From positions 992,001-1,056,000 of the forward strand of contig OY970212.1 of NCBI GenBank assembly GCA_963713925.1: DNA of 64,000 bases, read 5' to 3'. The position numbers were made by a program, and so were the translations under genes. The notes beneath the pieces are model-generated. The model was not told the DNA's origin. It made no database searches and saw only the letters and a list, made by a program, of their open reading frames with translations. The stretch's first letter is position 1. Each line of letters begins with the position of its first letter. This document shows positions 31,473-41,371 of the stretch, piece by piece. The DNA comes from an uncultured bacterium. GTDB taxonomy: Bacteria; Babelota; Babeliae; Babelales; Vermiphilaceae.

Positions 31473-32419
31473 TCGAACTCAGCTCCTTTTTACATTATCT
31501 TTCAATCGGGCTTATGACTTGTATCAGTCCGTTAGGAGTTGGTTTGGGCCAAGGCGGCATCGCACTCTCTGCCATAAAAGGAATAAATCAACAACCAAGC
31601 GCCCAAAATGCTATTTCCAGAATCGCTATTTTTGGCATGGTCCTCCTTGAATTTGCCGCAATTGCTGGAGTAACATTTGGCCTCTTGTTGGTGTTTGGCA
31701 AAACGCCTATTACGCTCCCGATAAGCATTGCAGAATTGGGCATTGCTCTCGCCATTGCAATTTCAGGGCTTGCCGTTGGAATTGCATGTTATTTTCCCGC
31801 TGCAGAATCATGCGCGGCAGTCGCACGACAACCATTCGCGGCACAATCAATTTTACGATTCATGTTAATCGCCCAATCAATGATTCAAACTCCGATTGTG
31901 TTTAGTTTTATCATCGGCATCTTTGCCAAAGGACAAATTCATGAAGGGATGTCGCTTGAGTCAGGGATTCGTTTATTGTCCGCCGGCCTTTGCATCGGGC
32001 TCGGATGTGTAGGCCCCGTATGGGGCTTGGCACTCTTTGCACGCAATGCATGCAAAGGAATTGGTATTAATCGAGCAGCCTATAATCCGTTGCTTACCTT
32101 CACTTTTATCAGCCAAGCAATCATTGAAACACCACTTCTCTTTGCGCTTGTCATTTCACTTCTCATTGTCAGCGCACAAGATGGGGCAACGCTTGCCAGC
32201 GCGCTTACTTTTCTCGCGATTGGTCTGTGTATGGGGATAGGAACTTTGGGGCCCGGAATGAACTCTGGCCGCACTGCAGGAGCAGCTGCTTTGCAAATCG
32301 CATACAAACCGGAACTCTATAGCAGCGTGTCAAAAGCAAGCACTTTAGCCCAAGGCTTGATTGATGCAAGTGTTATTTATGTATTCTTAATAGCACTTGC
32401 GATGTATCTTTTGAGATAA
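31469..32419 (+). CDS. atpE: ATP synthase subunit c, four fused hairpins
   Basis: Four GxGxG / (RQ)P-loop / carboxylate-helix repeats; ATGA overlap with atpB. Confidence 0.88.
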   Translation: MIELSSFLHYLSIGLMTCISPLGVGLGQGGIALSAIKGINQQPSAQNAISRIAIFGMVLLEFAAIAGVTFGLLLVFGKTPITLPISIAELGIALAIAISGLAVGIACYFPAAESCAAVARQPFAAQSILRFMLIAQSMIQTPIVFSFIIGIFAKGQIHEGMSLESGIRLLSAGLCIGLGCVGPVWGLALFARNACKGIGINRAAYNPLLTFTFISQAIIETPLLFALVISLLIVSAQDGATLASALTFLAIGLCMGIGTLGPGMNSGRTAGAAALQIAYKPELYSSVSKASTLAQGLIDASVIYVFLIALAMYLLR

Positions 32420-32439
32420 AAAGAAAATAGGTTTTATAA

Positions 32440-32650
32440 TCGTTCTAATGGATTCGACTCCACTACGATTCACCCATGCTTGACGCATGGGGTCCGTAGT
32501 TTCGCTCACCACGAACGGTGAGGAAAAATTTGATCGCTATAAAAGGGTATGTTTGTTCGTGTGACATGTGGTACCTATCTAAAATCAAGAAGAGTCACGT
32601 TCCGTTCGTGGTGAGCGGAGTGAAAACGTAGTCGAATCCATTCGAACGGT
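32440..32650. repeat. Inverted pair of REP-like units
   Basis: Same unit as at 20285-20497. Confidence 0.7.
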
Positions 32651-32681
32651 AAAAACCGGATGTACAATTTAAGGAAGTAAT

Positions 32682-34850
32682 ATGGAAGCAACAATTACCT
32701 CTAATCAACACAGACGACCGATTTTAACTCTTTTTTTTGTAGCCGCAGCGCTTGCCTGTGGCATATTGGCATGCATAGAATTAGCGCGATTATGGACTCA
32801 TACGCAAAAAACAAGCGTCCTTTTTGTCAACACTGCAGAACAGAAAACAAGAGATGCTGTTGCCTCGATATGGAAGATTTTGCAACAAAGCAATACTTAT
32901 TTTGATGAAATAGCTCCCACACTGTATGGTCGAAACTATGATTTTTCCGAAATTGAGGAAGCATTGCGAAACAGACCGTCCTTTCTGTCCGGTGCCTTTG
33001 TTGATGGTTTTGCAAACGTTCATGCCATGTCTATCGAATTAAATGATAGTCAAAAATATAAAAAGATTGAAACCCCTGAGGATATCGCAGAGCTTGAACA
33101 TCTGATTGACTCCGGCGATAATTTTATTAGTGGCAATAAGCCGTTTATTTTGACTACCGAACCATACACACACATCCCAAGCCTGATGCGCATAGCAAAG
33201 CATGGTGGTACGACGTCTGCAATAAGTATCAATATGAATCATATTGATCACATTTTAAGAACCTTATATCTCGATCAAAGTGGCTACTGGTTTCTAACAG
33301 ATGAAGCTGGAAATCTTATCAATCACCCGAACCATCAATACGCATTGCACAATCAGACTATTTTTGATATCGCCAAGCAAACAAATTCACCGACGTTAGC
33401 AACTCAATTTGAAAAGAGAACCGGTTCAAAGCCGGTCTTTGTTGATTATGCAAATGAAATAACCCATGCTCGCTCTCGCGCATTTATACAAAAAATTCCA
33501 CAGACCCCACTCACTTTGGTAGGAGTTTTTGACCTTAATGAGACTGATATCAAAGCAGATTTTATTCGACAACATCAACTGCTTTTATGGTGGTGGCTGG
33601 TGCTTTGTTTATTTTTTCTGATTATTGCAGCGCTCAGCTACAAATCTCCTCTGACTTCCAACTCGATGTGGTATGCGAGCATTGCCGCCACATTTATTTT
33701 AGTGATTGCCATCGGCGCAAGTTGGGTGACCTGCCTTACATATCCGTACGTGGCTCCTGACGATACCCAAATAACCAGCAAAAAACAGCTGTATCAAATG
33801 TTGCAAGAACTCGAAAAATGGAAACAAAAAGACCCGAATGCTCCTTCGCCTTCCGAACTTGTTAACACGAAGCAAAATGGAGATGCAACCTCAAACCCTG
33901 TCGATCCGCTCAGTTTTCGATATAAACAGGGCAAATATATTCCGACCGGTATTTTGATCAATGATATTTCATTTGAAGACCATGAAAAGATTCAATTCGT
34001 AGGTTATATCTGGCAACGCTATTTTGACGGCATACATGATGGAATTGAACGAGGATTTATTTTCCCTCAGTTAGCCGACAAACCGACGATCTCACAAATT
34101 CATCGCTCAAAACAAGGAAACACTGAAACTATTATTTGGCAAGTAAGCACAAAGCTCAACCAAGACTTTAGCTATGAACGATATCCCTTTGATGTAGCAA
34201 ACATAACGATTGCAATCCGACATAAAGAATTTGATAAAAATGTCACACTCGTGCCCGACCTCGATGCATATTCCATCATTAATCCAACCTCATTGCCCGG
34301 TATTAACAAAACAACTCATATCAACAACTGGGCATTGCTCAAAAGTTATTTCGGTTACGATTTTCAACAATATTCGACAAACTTTGGCCTGTATCTATAC
34401 GGACCTTTTGGCACATACTCTCGCTCGGAACAGTCTGATGTCGCTGAACTTCGTTTTAACGTGATTGCTCAGCGCTATCTTATTGATACGATTATTACCG
34501 ACCTGCTGGCCCTCTGCGTGATCGCCGTCATTTTATTTGTGTTGCTATTGACCTATTTTTCTGAAGGATTTGAACTCATACTCGAGACTGCGGGAGCTGC
34601 ATTTTTCAGTACCGTTTTCGCACAAATTCAATTTCGTTCCAAGGCGCCAACTCATGAATTCGTTTATTTTGAATCGTTTTATTTTGTGCTGTACGCAACG
34701 ATTATTTTATTGCTGATATCGACCCTGATACATTTATTTCATCTCAGGTTTAAATCTATTAATTATAAGCACAATATCATCACAAAAGTCTTATACTGGC
34801 CCTGCATGCTGATGGCGCTCTTATGCAGCACCATATGGTTTTTATATTAA
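32682..34850 (+). CDS. Cache-domain fused pentameric ligand-gated ion channel homolog
   Basis: Cache-like GYWFLTDEAGNLINHP; FVGYIWQRY; Pro-loop YPFD; four C-terminal TMs. Confidence 0.75.
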   Translation: MEATITSNQHRRPILTLFFVAAALACGILACIELARLWTHTQKTSVLFVNTAEQKTRDAVASIWKILQQSNTYFDEIAPTLYGRNYDFSEIEEALRNRPSFLSGAFVDGFANVHAMSIELNDSQKYKKIETPEDIAELEHLIDSGDNFISGNKPFILTTEPYTHIPSLMRIAKHGGTTSAISINMNHIDHILRTLYLDQSGYWFLTDEAGNLINHPNHQYALHNQTIFDIAKQTNSPTLATQFEKRTGSKPVFVDYANEITHARSRAFIQKIPQTPLTLVGVFDLNETDIKADFIRQHQLLLWWWLVLCLFFLIIAALSYKSPLTSNSMWYASIAATFILVIAIGASWVTCLTYPYVAPDDTQITSKKQLYQMLQELEKWKQKDPNAPSPSELVNTKQNGDATSNPVDPLSFRYKQGKYIPTGILINDISFEDHEKIQFVGYIWQRYFDGIHDGIERGFIFPQLADKPTISQIHRSKQGNTETIIWQVSTKLNQDFSYERYPFDVANITIAIRHKEFDKNVTLVPDLDAYSIINPTSLPGINKTTHINNWALLKSYFGYDFQQYSTNFGLYLYGPFGTYSRSEQSDVAELRFNVIAQRYLIDTIITDLLALCVIAVILFVLLLTYFSEGFELILETAGAAFFSTVFAQIQFRSKAPTHEFVYFESFYFVLYATIILLLISTLIHLFHLRFKSINYKHNIITKVLYWPCMLMALLCSTIWFLY

Positions 34851-34936
34851 AATTTGCTTCCATTGACTATCTGAATTTGATTTTTATATATTAACAATGA
34901 GAATTGTAATGTAAAAATCTTATGAAAGAGCTTTGT

Positions 34937-35751
34937 ATGAAGAAATTTATTCTGTTCCTAACAATTGTCGGAATCAACTTTTTATCTGCCGCCGACAGAG
35001 ATTATACCCCACCTAAAAACGTACCCCGCTGCCAGCAGAAGAAGCATCGTTGACGGGACTTCCGAAGGAACTAAAAGCACATATTATTCTCTTGCTTGCT
35101 CAATCGAACTTTGATTTCGAAGCCTCAATCAAAGCAATTAAAAATCTCGCTCAAGTGAACACAAAATTTCGCGACTTACTGAATGATCCCACCATCAGAC
35201 AAAATTTACTACCATTTCTGAGCAAACAATTTGGTATTCCTCAAGAGCAAATTGCCTTCGCGCTCGGAACTCCACAAGCGTTAAACTGGCTACAACAAAA
35301 ATATCCACATCCTACTTATTTAAACCTTCTTAAAGCTATTTTTTACAAATTTGATTCTAATTTGAAATTTTTAAACTCGCGCTATTTCATTGGCTTAGTT
35401 GAGAAACTTTCTAAAGGTCAATTTGAATCGAGTGTCAACACTTTATGGCACTTTATAGAAGGTCTAAACGCTCCCGATATAGCATTGTCGCACGCAGATA
35501 CTGCAAGAAAATTGAGCTTTTTAATTTTGGCACGGTTAGATTTATTAACTGATTCAGAAATAATGGGCTATCGTAACATCTTTGAACTTATAGATGGTTT
35601 AGTCAGTGAACAAGAAATTGTTTTACCCATTAGGCTACAAGAAAATCTGAGAAGAGCTTTACAGATAATAGAGGCGAATGAATCCGAAGGATCGGAGCGA
35701 ACTCTTTCCGGATCTGAAAGCTTTGGATCCGCTTCTGATTATGGCGAGTAA
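34937..35751 (+). pseudogene. F-box-like secreted paralog 1, frameshifted
   Basis: MKKFILFLTIVGINFLSAAD stops at 35053; one extra A in A5 (35015-35019) joins it to ORF 35050..35751. Confidence 0.75.
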
Positions 35752-35802
35752 ACATCAATGACATTTTTTCTCTAGATTACTGATGAATAATAGGAATCGC
35801 GT

Positions 35803-36582
35803 ATGAAAAAATTTATTTTGGTCTTAACAATTACCGGAGTCAACTTTTTGTCCGCCGCGGACAAAGATGATTCAAATAAACGCAAAAAACCATCGGAAAC
35901 CACACAAGAACAAGCATCATTCGAATCTCTTCCAGCTGAAATCAAGATAGTAATCATACAACAATTGGTAGCTGCCCATTTTGACTTCGATGCATCCATT
36001 GAAAACATCAGAAATTTAGCTCAAGCCAATAAAGAATTGCTCTCTCTGGTTACTAATGAGAAAACCGTAGAATCAATTTTGGATTTACTGAGCAAACAAC
36101 TCAAAATCTCGAGAGCCGGAATTGCTTTTGCTCTCAATACTCCGTGGTCTTTAGCATGGATTAAAAAACAAAATAATATATTGCAGGAAGAAATTCTCCG
36201 GGAAATTTTTCTGAATACAACCAATATCAATCTCTTAAGCTCAGATCAACTTCTTCAATTAGCGCAACAATTGAACACGACGCCATTAAAATTCTGTCTT
36301 GTCCTCATCAATGAAAATCTCCCTGCTCGGTTCCCGCCCCCATCTTTTTCTCATGTTTTACAAAACCCACGGTCCAATCTTTATAAAGCATATAGAACAT
36401 TATGCCTATTGCTTGTCACACTGCAAAATAAAATTACCATATACGACATGGCCGAATTAGGTATACATGTTTTGATCAATGTCGAAACCATGCTCTTGAA
36501 TGCTCTGCAGCAACCAATTGATGAAACATTTAAACAAAAAATTCAAACCGCTGTACAGAAAATAGGAAATTTTTTGGCTTAA
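35803..36582 (+). CDS. F-box-like secreted paralog 2
   Basis: Signal peptide; FESLPAEIKIVII; IAFAL motif. Confidence 0.75.
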   Translation: MKKFILVLTITGVNFLSAADKDDSNKRKKPSETTQEQASFESLPAEIKIVIIQQLVAAHFDFDASIENIRNLAQANKELLSLVTNEKTVESILDLLSKQLKISRAGIAFALNTPWSLAWIKKQNNILQEEILREIFLNTTNINLLSSDQLLQLAQQLNTTPLKFCLVLINENLPARFPPPSFSHVLQNPRSNLYKAYRTLCLLLVTLQNKITIYDMAELGIHVLINVETMLLNALQQPIDETFKQKIQTAVQKIGNFLA

Positions 36583-36648
36583 GACCAGCAGATTTTACTT
36601 TTAAAAAAAATGTTTAAATGAAACATCCTTTGTCACAGAATTCAGATA

Positions 36649-36762
36649 TTCCATCTCAGATTTAAATCCATTAATTATCAAAAAAAAATTATCACTAAAG
36701 TGTTACACTGGCCCTGCATGTTGATGGCGATTTTGTGCTGCACTATATGGTTTTTGTATTGA
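36649..36762 (+). pseudogene. Duplicated 3' fragment of the ion channel gene
   Basis: Encodes FHLRFKSINYQKKIITKVLHWPCMLMAILCCTIWFLY*, matching the last 37 aa of 32682..34850. Confidence 0.85.
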
Positions 36763-36877
36763 ACATGGATTTTTCTTCATCGCATACATCAAACGAATAC
36801 TATTGACTAATTGAATTTGTATTTTATATATTTACTATAGAATTGTAATATAAAAAATCAAATTCAAAAGAGTTTAT

Positions 36878-37696
36878 ATGAAGAAATTTATTTTGCTCAT
36901 ATTAATTGCCTGCATCAATTCACTTTCTGCTGCTGACAGAGACAATGATATGCCCGCAAGGCAAAAAGCTGCCTCACAGGAAGACCTTCTTTCGTTGCTT
37001 CCGCCGGAAATAAAAGAAATGATTATTCGACAATTGGCTTCGGCTAATCCCTATTTCGAAGAAACGATAGAAAAGCTCAAGGGTTTGTTTAGTTTATTCA
37101 TGGTAAATAAGGCCTTTTCTCAATATCGAAATCAAATTAATATACCCGCTATCTTAGAGTTATTGGCAAAGAAGTTTAACATACCCAAAACAGCAATCGC
37201 ATTCGCTCTCGGATCGAATGGAGCATTACAATGGTTGCAAAATAAATATCCGCAAAACACTTTTCTTTCGGTATTTAACGACATTTTTAAAGATCGATAT
37301 CTTAATTCATCTTTTTTGAATTCACATTATTTTACCGAATTAGTCATGAAACTCTCGCAAGGCAATTTTGTGCTTATATTTGATACTTTACTCGCCCATA
37401 CAAATTTTAAAAATCCCAATTGGGTAAAAAAAATCGGTCTTCTCCTTGCCGCAAGAGCCGACCTCTTGACGGACAACGAGATACTCGGGCAATCAAAGCT
37501 TATAAATGATGTGTGGAATAGCCAAAATATGCCCGAATCTGTCTGGAAGTTTTCACCATGGCTCAAACAAAAACTGTTCGAACTGCGTGAAAGGCTCAAA
37601 ACAATAGAGCGACAACAGCGGTATGCAGGTTATGAGAGCGACGAGACACTAACAGGATCAGAACATGACTCTGACTATGGATCAGACTTCGAATAA
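36878..37696 (+). CDS. F-box-like secreted paralog 3
   Basis: Signal peptide; LSLLPPEIKEMII; IAFALG; acidic tail. Confidence 0.75.
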   Translation: MKKFILLILIACINSLSAADRDNDMPARQKAASQEDLLSLLPPEIKEMIIRQLASANPYFEETIEKLKGLFSLFMVNKAFSQYRNQINIPAILELLAKKFNIPKTAIAFALGSNGALQWLQNKYPQNTFLSVFNDIFKDRYLNSSFLNSHYFTELVMKLSQGNFVLIFDTLLAHTNFKNPNWVKKIGLLLAARADLLTDNEILGQSKLINDVWNSQNMPESVWKFSPWLKQKLFELRERLKTIERQQRYAGYESDETLTGSEHDSDYGSDFE

Positions 37697-37801
37697 ATGC
37701 CCCCAAATGAATACTATAAGCTTGGGTTTATAATTATGGTCCACATGCACTGCGTTTTGTAAAAAATAACTCCATGACATTTTTCAGTTTACTTGATATA
37801 G

Positions 37802-37845
37802 TGAGTCCCGAATTTCATAGAGATTCGGGACTCATTTTTATTTTT
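37802..37845 (+). terminator. Intrinsic terminator
   Basis: TGAGTCCCGAAT...ATTCGGGACTCA followed by a T run. Confidence 0.75.
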
Positions 37846-37875
37846 CGTATCAATTAAAAAAAAGGATTTTACATC

Positions 37876-38865
37876 ATGATGTACGACTCACTCCTTGATG
37901 CAATCGGAAATACTCCACTCGTTAAACTTCCCTTTAAAACTGACGGGAAAATCTACGCAAAACTTGAATACCTCAATCCGGGCGGAAGCGTTAAAGATCG
38001 TTCTGCTTTGTTTATGATAGAGCAAGCAGAAAAGGCCGGCATTTTAAAGCCGGGCGGCACACTCATTGATGCCTCTTCCGGAAATCATGGCATTGCTATT
38101 GCGATGATTGGTGCAATTAAAAAATATAAAGTTATCATTACTGTTTCTGAAAAATTCAGTAAGGAAAAAATAGATACACTTCGCGCATACGGAGCGCAAG
38201 TGGTCGTATGTCCAGCCACAGCTTTTATAGAAGATCCATTGAATTATCATAACCAAGCCAAATTGATTCATGCACAAACGCCTAACTCATTCATGCCAAA
38301 TCAGTATTACAATCTCCAAAATGCAGCTGGACATTACAGCCTTTTAGGGCCAGAAATCTGGAAGCAAACTGAAGGCAAAATCACCCACTTCTTTGCTGCT
38401 GCTGGAACCACCGGAACCATTAGTGGGGTAGGTAAATACTTAAAAGAGCACAATCCAAACATTAAAGTCATTGCCCTTGATTCAGCTCATTCTTTTAGAG
38501 CAACTCAAGGTGATCCAAAGCCATATAAGCTTGAAGGCATCGGTATGGACTTTGAAACCCCTATTTTTAATGCTCATGCCCATTTTGTCGATGAAATTAT
38601 TACAGTCACCGATGAAGATGGTATTGCTATGCTCAAATCTATGGCCACTGAGCATGGGTTTCTTATCGGCCCAAGTAGCGGGGCTGTAGCCTGGGCTGCC
38701 ATGAAATATGCCCCCAAATTGAAGCAAGGTGACCTCGCCATTGCAATTTTTGGAGATTCAGGCAGAGCTTATCTGACAAAAGGTTTTTATGCCCAAGAAC
38801 CCAAAAATGAGTATGCTTTTAGTCAATCCAGCCTTCAGGTTCAAAAAAAACAGGTTCTGATTTAG
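37876..38865 (+). CDS. PLP-dependent cysteine synthase / cystathionine beta-synthase family
   Basis: IGNTPLV, NPGGSVKDR, SSGNHG, GTTGT, EGIG, GPSSG. Confidence 0.93.
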   Translation: MMYDSLLDAIGNTPLVKLPFKTDGKIYAKLEYLNPGGSVKDRSALFMIEQAEKAGILKPGGTLIDASSGNHGIAIAMIGAIKKYKVIITVSEKFSKEKIDTLRAYGAQVVVCPATAFIEDPLNYHNQAKLIHAQTPNSFMPNQYYNLQNAAGHYSLLGPEIWKQTEGKITHFFAAAGTTGTISGVGKYLKEHNPNIKVIALDSAHSFRATQGDPKPYKLEGIGMDFETPIFNAHAHFVDEIITVTDEDGIAMLKSMATEHGFLIGPSSGAVAWAAMKYAPKLKQGDLAIAIFGDSGRAYLTKGFYAQEPKNEYAFSQSSLQVQKKQVLI

Positions 38866-39127
38866 GACTCAAGATAAATACTTTATCAGGTTTAGGCCTT
38901 ACCCATGACGGGGGGGGCCTTTTTTTATTGTTTCCGCCTTCGTTGACCCGCTTTCTCCAGCGGGACAGGTCGCTTCAGTTTTGGGACCCCCACCTTTGTC
39001 CCCAACTTCGCGGCTTCGACTCCTAAGGGTTACTCGTTGGGGGCCCCCCACTTGATATTTTCTATTTGTCATATATAATAGGTATAATATGTTACAGAGT
39101 GTAACATTGTTAATGGAGGTTATACTT

Positions 39128-39946
39128 ATGAAAAGAATATTATTAGCCGGAATGGCCTTATTGGCTGTGCCATCAGCTCAGGCAATGGGCTTGGCAAAAA
39201 ACTCTCTCAAATATGCTACCGTCGGAGTCGGAGGATACACAATCCTCAATACTATTCAGAATAGTACCTTCGGAACCATGTTGCTCCACATGATGGGGTT
39301 ACAGCCTACCGGAGCGGCTCAACAGGCTCAAGCTTTGACTGAGCTTACCGCGGGGATAGCAAAACAAGCCCAAGAAATTGACGTGCTCAAGAACCAATTC
39401 TCAGCAATGAAACATGAAATCGGCACTAGAGTTGTTGAAGAAGCAAAAAAACATTCTTCAATGCTTATACGCCTAATGAAAGATAATCAAGGCATTATGG
39501 CCGGATTAGCAACCGTCGGAGCTGCAGTCGCTTGGCAAAATAGACTTGCTATTGCAAATCTTTGCGTTTCGACTTACAACGCTGTCGTAAGTACTTACAC
39601 AGCAATTAAAGTTCATGGGATCTATAAAGTCGCTACGGGTACGCATAAGATTGTCGGAGAACTTAAACAAGACGTTGGTGAAGTCAAACAAGACGTTAAT
39701 GTCCTTAAAGAAGATACTTCTGTGATCAAACAAGGCCTTGTTGATGTTGGCGACAAAGCTGTTCAGATCGAGAAACAAATTGATCAGTTAGATAAAGAAT
39801 TAAAACAAGCTATTACGAATGGAAATGAAGATCTTGCCAAGAAAATTATGACACAAATTGATGAATTAAAAGATGAATTAAAACGAGATCTCACATCAAT
39901 GAAACAGCAACTAGCAGAAATACATGCTGTTGTAACAAAAAAATAA
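39128..39946 (+). CDS. Secreted coiled-coil protein
   Basis: GGAGG SD, signal peptide, heptad repeats VGELKQD/VGEVKQD/VNVLKED. Confidence 0.75.
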   Translation: MKRILLAGMALLAVPSAQAMGLAKNSLKYATVGVGGYTILNTIQNSTFGTMLLHMMGLQPTGAAQQAQALTELTAGIAKQAQEIDVLKNQFSAMKHEIGTRVVEEAKKHSSMLIRLMKDNQGIMAGLATVGAAVAWQNRLAIANLCVSTYNAVVSTYTAIKVHGIYKVATGTHKIVGELKQDVGEVKQDVNVLKEDTSVIKQGLVDVGDKAVQIEKQIDQLDKELKQAITNGNEDLAKKIMTQIDELKDELKRDLTSMKQQLAEIHAVVTKK

Positions 39947-39966
39947 TCAAACACCTTCCATTACAT

Positions 39967-39996
39967 AAAAAAAGCCGGATGAATCCGGCTTTTTTT
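39967..39996. terminator. Bidirectional terminator
   Basis: A-run-GCCGGA...TCCGGC-T-run. Confidence 0.8.
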
Positions 39997-40006
39997 ATAT
40001 TCTTAT

Positions 40007-40705
40007 TCAATCTATCATTCTATCTTGTGCAACACATTGCTCCATTTTCTGAACAAATTGAGGCAACGTCATAATGTCCCAATTCAATCTCCCATGATCT
40101 TTTTTCATCTCTCCAACAGATTGATCAAGAAAAATTCGTATGTACTCAGCGCGATTTGCTGAAATGTCGTTGAGCTTTTTATAAGGCAATGACGCTTCGA
40201 TACACCTCATTAAGCTTTGCTTGACTTGATCAAAACAAGGAGATCTTTGTATGCGCTCTGCTTGCTCTTCTATTTCTTCCGGATAAGCAAGTTTACCATT
40301 CAAAAAATCATATAATCTGATTGCCTGTACAACTGCAAGCTCCTTTTCATTGAGGCGAAGCCTACCATTAATCACCGTTAAATGAGCTCTCAGACAACCT
40401 GTTTCTTGTTCCACAACGCGCACTCGCTCATGTAAGCCAAAAACAAAACTGTGAATGTCATCGGAATAAGAATAATAAGTTACTGATGGTTTTTCATAAT
40501 CAGAGTATGCAAACATCACTCGTGCCTTCCCGGAATAACCGGGAAGCAAATTACCACACATGAATTTATCCATCAATGAGTTTAGTTTGCGCATTTGATA
40601 AGGATCTAGCTGCCCAAAAATATCTCGCTCATACAGATTACCTTTTGGATCGCTCGCCGAAATACAAAAACTGATTACGATGCCGAACAACATCATTCGT
40701 CGCAT
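40007..40705 (-). CDS. Hypothetical secreted protein
   Basis: 232-aa ORF with signal-like N-terminus. Confidence 0.65.
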   Translation of the reverse strand: MRRMMLFGIVISFCISASDPKGNLYERDIFGQLDPYQMRKLNSLMDKFMCGNLLPGYSGKARVMFAYSDYEKPSVTYYSYSDDIHSFVFGLHERVRVVEQETGCLRAHLTVINGRLRLNEKELAVVQAIRLYDFLNGKLAYPEEIEEQAERIQRSPCFDQVKQSLMRCIEASLPYKKLNDISANRAEYIRIFLDQSVGEMKKDHGRLNWDIMTLPQFVQKMEQCVAQDRMID

Positions 40706-40876
40706 AATTCACACCTGTAATAAAACCGAGTATATAAATATGACTTCACACATTGTATCAGATGGTATTAAAAAATACGATTATTTAGGCAAAAACTATT
40801 GATTTTCTCGATTTGAATATATTACAATTAGAGTGTAGTAGTATTATTTCAAGCATATCTAAAACAGGAGGTTATT

Positions 40877-41371
40877 ATGAAGAAATTTACACTCTTAGCG
40901 CTCAGCGCATTGGCATTCACTGCTGTTAGTTCAGCGTTAGCTATCACCCCGGAAGCACAACAGTTGATTGATTTTAAACAAATGGTTGGAAAACAAAAAG
41001 TCGATTGGTTGCATTGGGCTGGTAAAACTGACAAAGCAAAATATGATTTGTTGGCTAAAGAACATGATGAATGGTTCAAATTCGGCATTGATAACATGAA
41101 AAAATTTGATGCCATGACCAACCCAGCAGACAAAGCTCCCATGATGAAAGAAAAACTCAAAAACGCTGTAGCTCTCGATGAGAAAAACAAAAATGAAATG
41201 GAAGCTTTCTGGAAAAACGTTTCAGAAGAAGCAAGAAAAATGTGTGATGAACAACGTGCACAACTTCAGAAGTTTAAAGTCAACGCCGGTCTTGCTGTAG
41301 AAGCTCCACAAGAAGCTATGAAAACAACACCTATGGAAAAAATGATGTCCCCAATGAGCATGGGCAAATAA
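40877..41371 (+). CDS. Hypothetical secreted helical protein
   Basis: AGGAGG SD, classic signal peptide. Confidence 0.8.
   Translation: MKKFTLLALSALAFTAVSSALAITPEAQQLIDFKQMVGKQKVDWLHWAGKTDKAKYDLLAKEHDEWFKFGIDNMKKFDAMTNPADKAPMMKEKLKNAVALDEKNKNEMEAFWKNVSEEARKMCDEQRAQLQKFKVNAGLAVEAPQEAMKTTPMEKMMSPMSMGK

Noticed and set aside
37736..37845. Cys leader peptide attenuator (MVHMHCVL) before cysteine synthase
   Set aside because: Only one Cys codon, no SD and no antiterminator seen; the hairpin is explained as the upstream terminator
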